Positions 37,953 to 46,882 of a DNA stretch of 64,000 bases are shown here, piece by piece. Each line of letters opens with the position of its first letter. Within the stretch, counting starts at the first letter, position 1. The notes below the pieces were generated by a model. That model was not told the origin of the DNA. It worked only from the letters and a program-made list of their open reading frames with translations, and did no database searches. The position numbers and the translations under genes are program-made. This DNA is from an uncultured Clostridia bacterium (GTDB taxonomy: Bacteria; Bacillota; Clostridia; Christensenellales; UBA1242): contig CALWKA010000001.1 in the NCBI GenBank assembly GCA_944381155.1, forward strand, positions 2,529 to 66,528, given 5' to 3'.

Positions 37953-38009
37953 GAAGAAAGTTTTAAACAAATAAAATAAAAAATAAGTTAAAATAAAGGA
38001 GAAAATTTT

Positions 38010-38660
38010 ATGGATATTATGACCAAAGGTGAAGGTTATTTAGATTTCACACCAGATATAATTAAACTGCATTTTGATTTTCGTATTAGGGCAAAAGAAT
38101 ACAATATGGCGGTAGAAAATGGCGTAAAGACGGTCGAATCTTTTGTAAAACTATTGCAAAGTTTAGGATTCAAAAAGGAAGATTTCAAAACACATTCATT
38201 CAGAGTATATGAAGAAACGAAATATGATTCAATGAGAAAAAAGGATGTTAGTTTAGGCTTTGCATACAATCAAAATTCGAATTTGAAATTTGACTATGAT
38301 ACCATCAAACTTGCGCAGTTGATGACAGCGATCAGCAAGTTTAAAGACAGTCCACGAACCGAGATCAGATTTGAATTAAAAAATCCAGACGGGGCAAAAT
38401 CTCAATGTATTGACCTAGCGTACAAAAACGCAAAATCAAAAGCGCAGGCAATAGCAAAGAGCGCGGGAAAGAAATTGAAAGAGTGCGTAAAAATCAGTTA
38501 CGAGCCATTTGAGGCTAGCGTTCAATCAAAATCTGATTTTGGCGGATTGTCTAAGACGGGTATTAATGGTCTACAATTAGATAGTGCAATTGAAAATGTG
38601 CTAGTGCCAGAAGATATTGAAATATCTGAAGAATTGTATTGCCTATTCATTGCAGAATAG
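38010..38660 (+). CDS. SIMPL/DUF541-family protein (no obvious signal peptide)
   Basis: 216 aa with the family-like segment AKSKAQAIAKSAGKKLKECVKISYE. Paralog of 36439-37125. Confidence 0.55.
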   Translation: MDIMTKGEGYLDFTPDIIKLHFDFRIRAKEYNMAVENGVKTVESFVKLLQSLGFKKEDFKTHSFRVYEETKYDSMRKKDVSLGFAYNQNSNLKFDYDTIKLAQLMTAISKFKDSPRTEIRFELKNPDGAKSQCIDLAYKNAKSKAQAIAKSAGKKLKECVKISYEPFEASVQSKSDFGGLSKTGINGLQLDSAIENVLVPEDIEISEELYCLFIAE

Positions 38661-38812
38661 AGTAGTTTATTTTAAATTTCCCACTTTTTAAATTGTTAAT
38701 ATGAAAAAATCAAGTGGAAAGCAGAAGAAATCAAATAGACGACACATAGACGATAAAAATTTGGTAAAAATATGTAGAATTGTGGCTATTTGATTTTTTT
38801 GTTTGTTAATTA

Positions 38813-38841
38813 TTGACAATAGTTCAATAATTTGTTATCAT
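38813..38841 (+). promoter_or_regulatory. rpmH operon promoter (TTGACA-17-TATCAT, with a TG extension)
   Basis: TTGACA at 38813-38818 and TGTTATCAT at 38833-38841. Confidence 0.55.
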
Positions 38842-38877
38842 AATCTAGTACAATTATAATAAATTAAAAGGAGAATT

Positions 38878-39015
38878 ATGAAACAGACTTATCAACCAAA
38901 GAAAAGACAACGCAATAAAGTTCACGGTTTCAGAGCGAGAATGAAGACTTTGTCGGGCAGAAAGGTTCTTAAAAGGCGTAGAAACAAAGGGAAAAAGAAT
39001 TTGACTAACAATTAA
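38878..39015 (+). CDS. rpmH: 50S ribosomal protein L34
   Basis: Below the ORF-track length cutoff. Manual translation gives [52 protein letters not shown] upstream. It precedes rnpA. Confidence 0.95.
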   Translation: MKQTYQPKKRQRNKVHGFRARMKTLSGRKVLKRRRNKGKKNLTNN

Positions 39016-39040
39016 TTTTGATTAGTGAAAAGTAGTTTTT

Positions 39041-39379
39041 ATGTTGAGTAGAATTAATCGTTTGAAAAAGAGAAAAGAGTTTAATTATGTTTACAAAAAG
39101 GGTGAAGTTATTTACGCGCCCAGCTTCATAATGCACTATGTCAAGACATATCGAAATTATGCTCAAATTGGCATATCTGTGTCTAAACAGGTGGGCAATT
39201 CGGTCGTTCGAAGCAGGGCAAAACGCATCGTAAGTGAAGCAGTGCGTGCGATCTTGCCCAGAATGGCAGTGAAAAATTATGTGATCACTCCTAGGCCAAA
39301 TATTGTGGATAAGAAATCGACAGATATTGAAAACGAATTGCTTTTCGTTTTGAAAAAAAACGGCTTGTTGAAAGGTTAA
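39041..39379 (+). CDS. rnpA: Ribonuclease P protein component
   Basis: 112 aa, basic, in the conserved position after rpmH. Confidence 0.9.
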   Translation: MLSRINRLKKRKEFNYVYKKGEVIYAPSFIMHYVKTYRNYAQIGISVSKQVGNSVVRSRAKRIVSEAVRAILPRMAVKNYVITPRPNIVDKKSTDIENELLFVLKKNGLLKG

Positions 39380-39476
39380 TCTTGATTTAGTGAATGCAAT
39401 TTGATTTTGTTGTCTTAATGATTTACCAAAGGCTAAAAACTTTTTTCAAAAACAAGTTTGATAAAAGGTTAATTAT

Positions 39477-39752
39477 ATGTTTAGATTTTATTATATAATC
39501 TGCTATCCGCTCACTTTAATATGTCTATTTCTTATATCAATTTATAGGGGAATCATTAGATACGCCCTTGCCGATAGTTGCCATTATATTCCTACTTGTA
39601 GCAAATACGCATTTGACAGCATCAAAGAATTTGGCGCAATTATTGGCGGAGTGTACGCAATTAAACGATTATTTAGATGCCGTCCGAATCATAAAGCGGG
39701 GTACGATTTTGTAAAATTAAATTTATCAGGGAATTATAAATGGAAATGTTAA
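39477..39752 (+). CDS. yidD: Membrane protein insertion efficiency factor YidD
   Basis: Conserved motif CHYIPTCSKYAFDSIKEFG. Confidence 0.85.
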   Translation: MFRFYYIICYPLTLICLFLISIYRGIIRYALADSCHYIPTCSKYAFDSIKEFGAIIGGVYAIKRLFRCRPNHKAGYDFVKLNLSGNYKWKC

Positions 39753-40777
39753 ACAGCGTAAGTTTGCTATTAGCTAGCAATTTTTGGACTACTATTATAG
39801 ATTTTTTTGCAAAGGCGATTGTCAATTATGGATGGGCAATCATAGTTTTTACTATCTGTTTGAAGTTGGTGTTGAGTCCGCTAGACATACTTCAGCGCGT
39901 GTCTTCTCAAAAGCAGTCGCGCGTGATGGCGGTGATTCAACCCGAGATAAACGCTTTGCAGGAAAAGTATAAAAATGACCGCGAAAAGTTGAATCAAGAG
40001 ACCAACAAATTGTATAAAAAATACAAAGTCAATGTTGGCGGTATGTGTATCACGATGCTTGTCACTATGGCAATATCATTGATAGTGTTGTTTACGCTGT
40101 ATTCAAGCATTCGTTCGTATGGTACAGAAAAATTGTATACCACTTATCAAGAATTGGACAACGCATACATCGCTGCAGAGAGCGAATATTCCACCCTTAC
40201 TGACACTGATCTCACTCAAGAAGAATATATTGACCAGGCTATCATCCTTAAATACGACGAATTGAGCAAGCAAAATAGTTGGCTGTGGATCAAAAATGTG
40301 TGGAAGTCAGACACAAACACGAGTCAGTTTGTGGAATTTGACGACTATGCCGATCACTTCAATCTAGAAGGGGAAGATAGGGAGTTAGCAAAAGCAAGAT
40401 ATGACAGCATCACTTCCACAATAGTAGGGGATGGCAAAGACAATAACGGATATTATTTGATTATAATTTTTGCAGTGTTGGTGTCGTTTTTGACGCAGTT
40501 TTTATCTACAAAATTGCTAGCGCCAAAAGGGCAAAAAATGAACCTGACGAACAAAATTATGATGGCAGTGATTCCTATCACTATGCTCATATTGGCGATG
40601 ACTTCGAATGTGGTGTTCACATTGTATATCAGCACAAACTCAGTGATGGCGGCAATTATTTCTACAATTATTTCGTTGGTGTTAAGGCGAATAAACAAGG
40701 GCAAAAACGACAAAGATATTTTGATGAAATCAAGGAATATTGAAGTGGTGGAATATAGTAGAAATTACAAAAAATAA
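39740..40777 (+). CDS. yidC: Membrane protein insertase YidC/SpoIIIJ
   Basis: Multi-TM protein with the conserved segment LSPLDILQRVSSQKQSRVMAVIQPEINALQEKYK. It overlaps the end of yidD. Confidence 0.9.
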   Translation: MEMLNSVSLLLASNFWTTIIDFFAKAIVNYGWAIIVFTICLKLVLSPLDILQRVSSQKQSRVMAVIQPEINALQEKYKNDREKLNQETNKLYKKYKVNVGGMCITMLVTMAISLIVLFTLYSSIRSYGTEKLYTTYQELDNAYIAAESEYSTLTDTDLTQEEYIDQAIILKYDELSKQNSWLWIKNVWKSDTNTSQFVEFDDYADHFNLEGEDRELAKARYDSITSTIVGDGKDNNGYYLIIIFAVLVSFLTQFLSTKLLAPKGQKMNLTNKIMMAVIPITMLILAMTSNVVFTLYISTNSVMAAIISTIISLVLRRINKGKNDKDILMKSRNIEVVEYSRNYKK

Positions 40778-40802
40778 TATTGATTGAGAAGAGGTGATAA
40801 AT

Positions 40803-41570
40803 ATGCAATTGGAAGCAACAGGAAAAAGTGTAGAATTGGCAATTCAAAATGGATTATTAGAATGCGGATTAAGACGCGAAGATGTTGAAGTAAAAGTCTT
40901 GGACGCGGGCGGATTGTTTAAAAAGGCAAAAGTTTTGTTGACCTGGGGAGAAACTAATGAAGACCTATCTTCTGATAGTGACTCCAAAGAAACGGACGAA
41001 ACGAATAGCGTAGAAAAGTTAGATAGTGCGGAAAAGATTGAAACTGACGAAGTGGAAACTGCCCAAACTAAATCTGAACCCGAGATAGCGGAAAAGAAAA
41101 AGCGAATTGTAAACACAGACCGATTGGAAAAAAGAGGTATAGAATTTTTGACCGGGCTAGCGCGAAAATTAGACGAAGATGCGACTGTGGAAGCAAAAGC
41201 GGGCGAAAACGAGATTTCATTTTCAATCAAAGGTGAAAAGGTTGGCAAATTGATCGGATTCCACGGAGAAAATTTGCAAGCGGTTCAGTTGCTGTTGTCT
41301 GGGCTGAAATTGAGAAGCGAAGGCCCTGTCCGCTTGTATCTAGACATAGACGGATACAAACAAAATAGAAATCAGGCAATAATTGATTTGGCGAATAAGA
41401 CCGCCGAGCAAGCAGTGAAGATTGAACGCAACATTCACCTAGATCCTATGAATGCTTATGATAGGCGAATCGTGCATACCACATTGCAGGATAGAGATGA
41501 TGTCACGACCGAATCGACGGGCGAAGGCGAAAAAAGGCATGTGGTGGTAAAACCTATATTCAAAAAATAG
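40803..41570 (+). CDS. jag: RNA-binding protein KhpB/Jag (Jag-N, KH and R3H domains)
   Basis: N-terminus MQLEATGKSVELAIQNGL and a C-terminal R3H region PMNAYDRRIVHTTLQD. The preferred start is ATG 40803, after GAGGTG. Confidence 0.85.
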   Translation: MQLEATGKSVELAIQNGLLECGLRREDVEVKVLDAGGLFKKAKVLLTWGETNEDLSSDSDSKETDETNSVEKLDSAEKIETDEVETAQTKSEPEIAEKKKRIVNTDRLEKRGIEFLTGLARKLDEDATVEAKAGENEISFSIKGEKVGKLIGFHGENLQAVQLLLSGLKLRSEGPVRLYLDIDGYKQNRNQAIIDLANKTAEQAVKIERNIHLDPMNAYDRRIVHTTLQDRDDVTTESTGEGEKRHVVVKPIFKK

Positions 41571-41917
41571 ATTTTTGAATTTTAAACTTGACGAATTTTC
41601 ATCATCAAAATTAGCAAAATAAAAAATACATAACATTTTGTTGGTTAGTTGCAGAAATTTCAAAATCAACCGATTGAAAAATCAAAATACTACAAACGAA
41701 ATTATAAAAAAACTTTGCAAAATTAAAGTCAAATTTGAAACAAGCAAAATAAGCAACAACGCACATAAATTATACTATCTCTATTGTATTAGTTTTTAAA
41801 AATAGTATATTTAATATGTAATTATTCTAAACTAATAAAATCAAATTTTAAGTATTGACATTTTGTAATATGTTTGAATTTATATTTATTAATCAATGTA
41901 TTTTAGGAGAAAGTATT

Positions 41918-42481
41918 ATGTATCAAGTTGGCAATGGAATAAAAAATGGAAAAAGATTGACACAAAATGCAAGCAGTGTTTTTGAAAGCAATATGAAAGA
42001 CATTAATTTCATTCATCTTATGATTTCTAATTTTAGAGAGAACTACCCTGACTATATTTTGAAAATAGAAGAGTATTATCAAATGGATATTGAGCAGATA
42101 TTAAAAAAATTCACCGATTCAAAAGCCGACTTAATTAAGATTATAAGAGACTTCGAACAAATGATAGATTCAATTAATAAATTCAATCAGGATCGAGCTC
42201 TAAATCTTACAAAAGTTCGCATCAGTGCTCTACCTAAATTTAGTTCTGAAGTTGTTGAAATGTTAAAAACAGGTTCTCTTGAAGAAAAAATTGATTTTTT
42301 GTTAGCGTATATTGATAAAAGCAACAAAAATAATAGCGATAATGTGGCTTACACCATAAAGGAGTGGGATAGCCCTTCAAGAAAAGAATTTGAAGGTGAC
42401 ATTGAAGAATTGAGAAATAATTCTATCGAATTTTTTAAGCAAGGGCTTTTATCAGTTCCAACAACAATAACAATCTCATAA
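41918..42481 (+). CDS. Hypothetical protein
   Basis: The preferred start is ATG 41918, after AGGAGA; the track starts at 41855. No family recognised. Low GC. Confidence 0.45.
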   Translation: MYQVGNGIKNGKRLTQNASSVFESNMKDINFIHLMISNFRENYPDYILKIEEYYQMDIEQILKKFTDSKADLIKIIRDFEQMIDSINKFNQDRALNLTKVRISALPKFSSEVVEMLKTGSLEEKIDFLLAYIDKSNKNNSDNVAYTIKEWDSPSRKEFEGDIEELRNNSIEFFKQGLLSVPTTITIS

Positions 42482-42929
42482 ATGTATATGAAATTGAGAA
42501 TAAAATTAATATAAACAATCGTAAAAATACTTCTACCATTTTTTGAAAAATACAATGAGTGAATAAATAAAATCTATATGTGGAGTTGTGTGACAAAAAA
42601 TATAAAACACGACTCTTTTTTAATTTGTAGTCAACACTTTTTGAATCTATCAAAAGGAAAATTTGAAAGCGAAAATGATTATTTTAGTAAACCGTTAAAA
42701 TGAAAAATAATTAAATTAATTAATATGTTATAATCAAGTAGATTTTAAAAATATAAAAGTATTTTATCAATTTATATTTGCGAGTAAAATTTGATAAATA
42801 TTTATAAATAACTATAAATAACTCGCTAGATTTGAAAATATTTATTTACTATTCACAATAATTCAATAAAATCAAATTGAAAAATTGACAAAATATATTT
42901 AGATTGGTATACTTTTTTTAGGAGAAAAT

Positions 42930-44462
42930 ATGGAAAACGAACTATTAAACGAATTTGATATAAAAGTTGCAAAAGTTAAGAAATTGGAAGAGATGGGAGA
43001 AAAGGCGTATAAAGCAAAGTACAATAAGACGCACGAAATTCACGATCTCGAAAAATATGAATTAGGTACGCGCGTGAGTGTTGCTGGGCGGATGACTTTC
43101 AAACGCACATTTGGAAAGTTGATTTTTGCGCGCCTTTATGCTATTGGAGATAATTTTGAAATAGACTTCACTTCGCCGATCAGAACGAGCGTGCAAATTA
43201 GTTTATCGCAAAATATTGTTGGGGAAGAGCAGTTGAAAAAATTTAAAGAATTTTGTGACATAGGCGACTTTGTGGGCGTTTCTGGCGAACTCATTCGCAC
43301 TCAAACGGGCGAACTCACTGTGCAAGTGGAAAAATTTGAATTGCTTTCAAAAGCACTCCGTGGCTTGCCTGAAAAATTCCACGGACTGACAGATACGGAA
43401 GCGCGCTATCGTCAGAGATATCTAGACATAATCGCCAATGAAAAGAGCAGATATGCAGTGTTGGTGCGATTTAAAGTGATGCAGTTTATCCGCGAATTTT
43501 ATAATAAACACGGATTTTTGGAAGTCGAAACTCCAATTCTTCAAAACGCTGTGGGCGGAGCGCTGGCGCGTCCGTTCAGAACACATCACAACGCACTAGA
43601 TTTGGATATGAATCTACGCATCTCGCCCGAAACTTTTCACAAGCGTGTGATTGCGTGCGGATTTGACAAAATTTATGAATTTGCAAAAGATTTTAGGAAT
43701 GAAGGAATTTCGGTGGATAAACTTCAAGAGTTTACTATGCTTGAAAGTTATGCAGCGTATTGGGACTTTGAAGATAGCATAAAATTTTACACAGAGATGT
43801 TTAGGGAAGTGTGCAAATTTGTCTTTGGCAAATACGAGTTTATGGCGAATGGTAGGCTCATTAAACTGCCCGAGCAATTCCCTAGAATAGATTTTTTAGC
43901 AAAGGTCAATGAGATAGTTGGCACAAATGTTTTGGATATCACCGATGTGGACGAATTTAAAGCCCTGATTCGCAAGAAAAAATTGCTAGAAGAATTTGAA
44001 ATGGCGGATCAATTCACAGTTGGTGGACTCATCGATCTGGTGTATAAGCGCAAAATCAGACCAAATATTGTGGAACCTACAATATTATATAATTATCCGA
44101 ATGTGGTTCCGCTCGCTAGATATAGCGATGATGACGATCGCATTATTGAGATGTTCCAACTCGTGATTGATGGTCAAGAGATGGTGAAAGGGTATAGCGA
44201 GTTGATCAATCCTATTCAACAAAAACGAAATTTTGAAGAACAAGCGCGCGCAAAACAGCGTGGAGATGCAGAAGCTATGGATTATGACAAAGAATATATT
44301 TTAGCAATGGAGCACGGATTCCCACCAATTTCGGGCATAGGATTCGGAATAGACATTTTTATCTATCACTTGTTAGATCTTGAAAACATTAGGGAAACGA
44401 TTTTGTTCCCTATCACAAAGCCGTTGGACAAAGAAAATTCAAATGACGAAAAGGACAATTAA
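42930..44462 (+). CDS. lysS: Lysyl-tRNA synthetase (class II)
   Basis: 510 aa with an OB anticodon-binding N-terminal domain and a class II core (FRNEGIS, GFGIGIDIF-like C-terminus). Confidence 0.9.
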   Translation: MENELLNEFDIKVAKVKKLEEMGEKAYKAKYNKTHEIHDLEKYELGTRVSVAGRMTFKRTFGKLIFARLYAIGDNFEIDFTSPIRTSVQISLSQNIVGEEQLKKFKEFCDIGDFVGVSGELIRTQTGELTVQVEKFELLSKALRGLPEKFHGLTDTEARYRQRYLDIIANEKSRYAVLVRFKVMQFIREFYNKHGFLEVETPILQNAVGGALARPFRTHHNALDLDMNLRISPETFHKRVIACGFDKIYEFAKDFRNEGISVDKLQEFTMLESYAAYWDFEDSIKFYTEMFREVCKFVFGKYEFMANGRLIKLPEQFPRIDFLAKVNEIVGTNVLDITDVDEFKALIRKKKLLEEFEMADQFTVGGLIDLVYKRKIRPNIVEPTILYNYPNVVPLARYSDDDDRIIEMFQLVIDGQEMVKGYSELINPIQQKRNFEEQARAKQRGDAEAMDYDKEYILAMEHGFPPISGIGFGIDIFIYHLLDLENIRETILFPITKPLDKENSNDEKDN

Positions 44463-44463
44463 G

Positions 44464-45483
44464 ATGAAAATAACTGTTTTAGGAGCGGGTAGATGGGCGA
44501 GTAATATCGCCTTTTGTATGGACAAATTGAATTATGATGTATTAGTTTGGGAGCGAATCGAGGAAAAAGAAAATCCGTTATTTTTGACGCGAAAAAATAG
44601 GTTTGTGGAACTATCTGAAAATGTGAATTACACTCACGACCTTGAACGCGCGATAAGGCATAGCAAAATCATTATCATCTCCATATTGAGTCAAGCGCTG
44701 GACAACTTGATGAAAAATGTGAGCATGATTAAAGGTTATGAAAACAAGCACTATGTGATAGCGATGAAGGGCGTTGAGGCAACCACGGGGAGAAGATTGA
44801 GCGAAATCCTTTTGGACAACGGAGTGAAAAAGGACAATATTGCAGTTTGGGTAGGGCCAGGGCATGTGCAATCAATTTTCGCAGGGCAACCAACGAATAT
44901 GATAATCAGTGCATACCGCGAACAATACGCAAAAAGACTCACCAAAATTTTCACGCGTGAAAAAGTGATAGATATGACACATTCAAACGACATAATTGGC
45001 ACAGAATATGGGGCTGCGGCAAAAAATGTGATAGGAATTGCAGCGGGAATATTGGAAGGTTGTGGCTATGAACAGAAAAAAGGACCACTTATGCCCGCAA
45101 GTGTGAAAGAATTGGGGATGTTCATTGACGCGCTTGGCGGAGATAGAGAGAGCGCTTCTGGACTTGCCTTTTTGGGAGATTTTCAGGCAACACTATTCGA
45201 TCACAACAGCAAGAATCTTACTTATGGCAGAGAGATAGTGAAAGAATTGTCATTAGATAATGAAAAAATCCGTGAAAAGGTGATACCTTGCACTGTGGAA
45301 GGAATTAAGACTAGTGATGCACTGATTCTGAAGAAAAATCAATACAATGCGCGCGCTAGCGAACAACAGCAATTGAAAATGCCGATTTGCGAGGCGGTGA
45401 ATGATATCGTAAATGGGCGAGTTCCGCTAGACAAAGCGGGTGAATATATCAGCGAAAAAATTACAGAAGCACTCTATTTGTAA
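44464..45483 (+). CDS. gpsA: NAD(P)H-dependent glycerol-3-phosphate dehydrogenase
   Basis: The preferred start is MKITVLGAGRWAS (Rossmann motif), 1 nt after the lysS stop. The track ORF starts earlier at 44380, inside lysS. Confidence 0.75.
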   Translation: MKITVLGAGRWASNIAFCMDKLNYDVLVWERIEEKENPLFLTRKNRFVELSENVNYTHDLERAIRHSKIIIISILSQALDNLMKNVSMIKGYENKHYVIAMKGVEATTGRRLSEILLDNGVKKDNIAVWVGPGHVQSIFAGQPTNMIISAYREQYAKRLTKIFTREKVIDMTHSNDIIGTEYGAAAKNVIGIAAGILEGCGYEQKKGPLMPASVKELGMFIDALGGDRESASGLAFLGDFQATLFDHNSKNLTYGREIVKELSLDNEKIREKVIPCTVEGIKTSDALILKKNQYNARASEQQQLKMPICEAVNDIVNGRVPLDKAGEYISEKITEALYL

Positions 45484-45520
45484 TTTTAAATTTGAACTGA
45501 AATAATATAAATATTTGTTG

Positions 45521-45560
45521 AATCTTATTTTGATTGAAACTAATCAAGATAAGATTTTTC
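45521..45560 (+). terminator. Rho-independent terminator after gpsA
   Basis: 15-bp stem AATCTTATTTTGATT / AATCAAGATAAGATT (one G-U pair) followed by TTTTT. Confidence 0.85.
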
Positions 45561-46255
45561 TTTGCTATTTTAAAATAAAAAAACAATTTTGTTAACCTAA
45601 AAAATTATATTAATTGAAAAAAGATTTTAATCAGAAAAAATATAAATTAGAAAAGAAAAATATTAAAACAAAGCATAAAAAATTAAATAAAAAGAAATAT
45701 AAAAATAAAATTTAAAAAATTGAAAAAAAGAATAAATATCTATTTTTTAATGAAAAATATATATTTATTTTTAATTTTTTATGATTTTTTTAAATTATTT
45801 TATATTAAAAATAAAAAAATTTATATGCTACTTTTAAAAATTGATACTTATTAAATTTATTATTTGGCTTGATATCAAATTAATATTTATTTTAACAAAC
45901 TATTATATAAATCAAATTAATATTTATTTTGAACATAACTCTTTTACATATCAATAAATAAGAATTTTGAATATAGATGTTAAAACTTTTTTTCATTTTA
46001 ATTTTACAATTTTAAACTAAAAAAAAGATAAAAAGACACGATTCTCATTCAATGAATAATAGCGTGTCTTTTCATCTGCGTCATCTTCTAGATATCTTGT
46101 ATTCTAGATAGTGAATAAAAGGTTCTAATTTTCAAATAATATTAAGATGATTGTGAATACAAGATATATAGCCTACCATCATTATAGTATGGCATGTTGT
46201 CATTTGTCAACTAATTTCATATATTTTTTCTTAAAATATTTATTAAGGAGTATAT

Positions 46256-46465
46256 ATGACAGCATTTCCTAAAAGGTTAAGAGCTTTGAGAAAGGACAAG
46301 AAGATCACGCAAACCGAGTTGGGCGAAGCAATAGGCGTCCAGCAAGCTACTATTGCCAAATGGGAATCGGGCGAACGCACACCTTTCATCGAATATTTTA
46401 TTGAATTGGCAAAATACTTTAATGTTTCAATCGACTATTTGGTAGGCTTGGAAGATTTTGAATAG
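46256..46465 (+). CDS. XRE-family HTH transcriptional regulator
   Basis: 69 aa: LRALRKDKKITQTELGEAIGVQQATIAKWESGERTP. Confidence 0.85.
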   Translation: MTAFPKRLRALRKDKKITQTELGEAIGVQQATIAKWESGERTPFIEYFIELAKYFNVSIDYLVGLEDFE

Positions 46466-46510
46466 ATTGAATCAATTTTGAGTATTTATAAATAGAATTG
46501 AAAGTTTAAG

Positions 46511-46714
46511 TTATTTGTACATCAACATATCATCTAGCGAAAGTTTTAATATTTTTGCTATTAACAAAAATGGAACGATTTTTTTAGTTTTTCCTGAAAG
46601 CATTTTGTATACATAATTTTTTGATAAGTGAGCAAGTTTAGCTAAACTTTCCACTGTCAAACCGCACTCACATAGTTTGCTTAAAATTTTTGCCCTGTTT
46701 ACAACAAAATTCAT
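46511..46714 (-). CDS. Small HTH (XRE-like) protein
   Basis: 67 aa: GLTVESLAKLAHLSKNYVYKMLSG. Convergent with 46256-46465. Confidence 0.6.
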   Translation of the reverse strand: MNFVVNRAKILSKLCECGLTVESLAKLAHLSKNYVYKMLSGKTKKIVPFLLIAKILKLSLDDMLMYK

Positions 46715-46882
46715 AATTTTTCCTCGTTTGAATGTTTATTTTTTATTATAACCTAAAAACAAATCAATTCGTGCTGGTTATGACAGATATCAACATTTAT
46801 ATATTTAAAACAATTGAAATTGAACAATAATAAAATTTAATATTTATCTAGAATTGGCATTGCGGTATGGGCTTTGATTGAA

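Noticed and set aside
37702-37953. 83-aa track ORF spanning module B and ending in DRQSRGLKG
   Set aside because: Its 5' part is out of frame inside the 37544 ORF. Its C-terminus merely reflects the 30-bp duplication. Only the internal ATG at 37834 is mentioned, as a low-confidence mini-ORF.
37751-37953. Diversity-generating retroelement (template/variable repeat pair) as an explanation for the duplicated gene 3' end
   Set aside because: The two 30-bp copies are identical, with no adenine-specific differences. The repeat is far shorter than DGR repeats, and no reverse transcriptase is nearby.
42482-42929. T-box leaders upstream of lysS, and also glnS (5766-5988) and hisS (50558-50630)
   Set aside because: I found no conserved T-box sequence (AATTAGGGTGGNACCGCG-like), no specifier-loop structure and no terminator/antiterminator pair. 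The hisS spacer is too short.
46256-46714. Prophage immunity (cI/cro-like) module
   Set aside because: The two HTH genes are convergent rather than divergent. No integrase, excisionase, or structural or lysis genes occur in the flanks.
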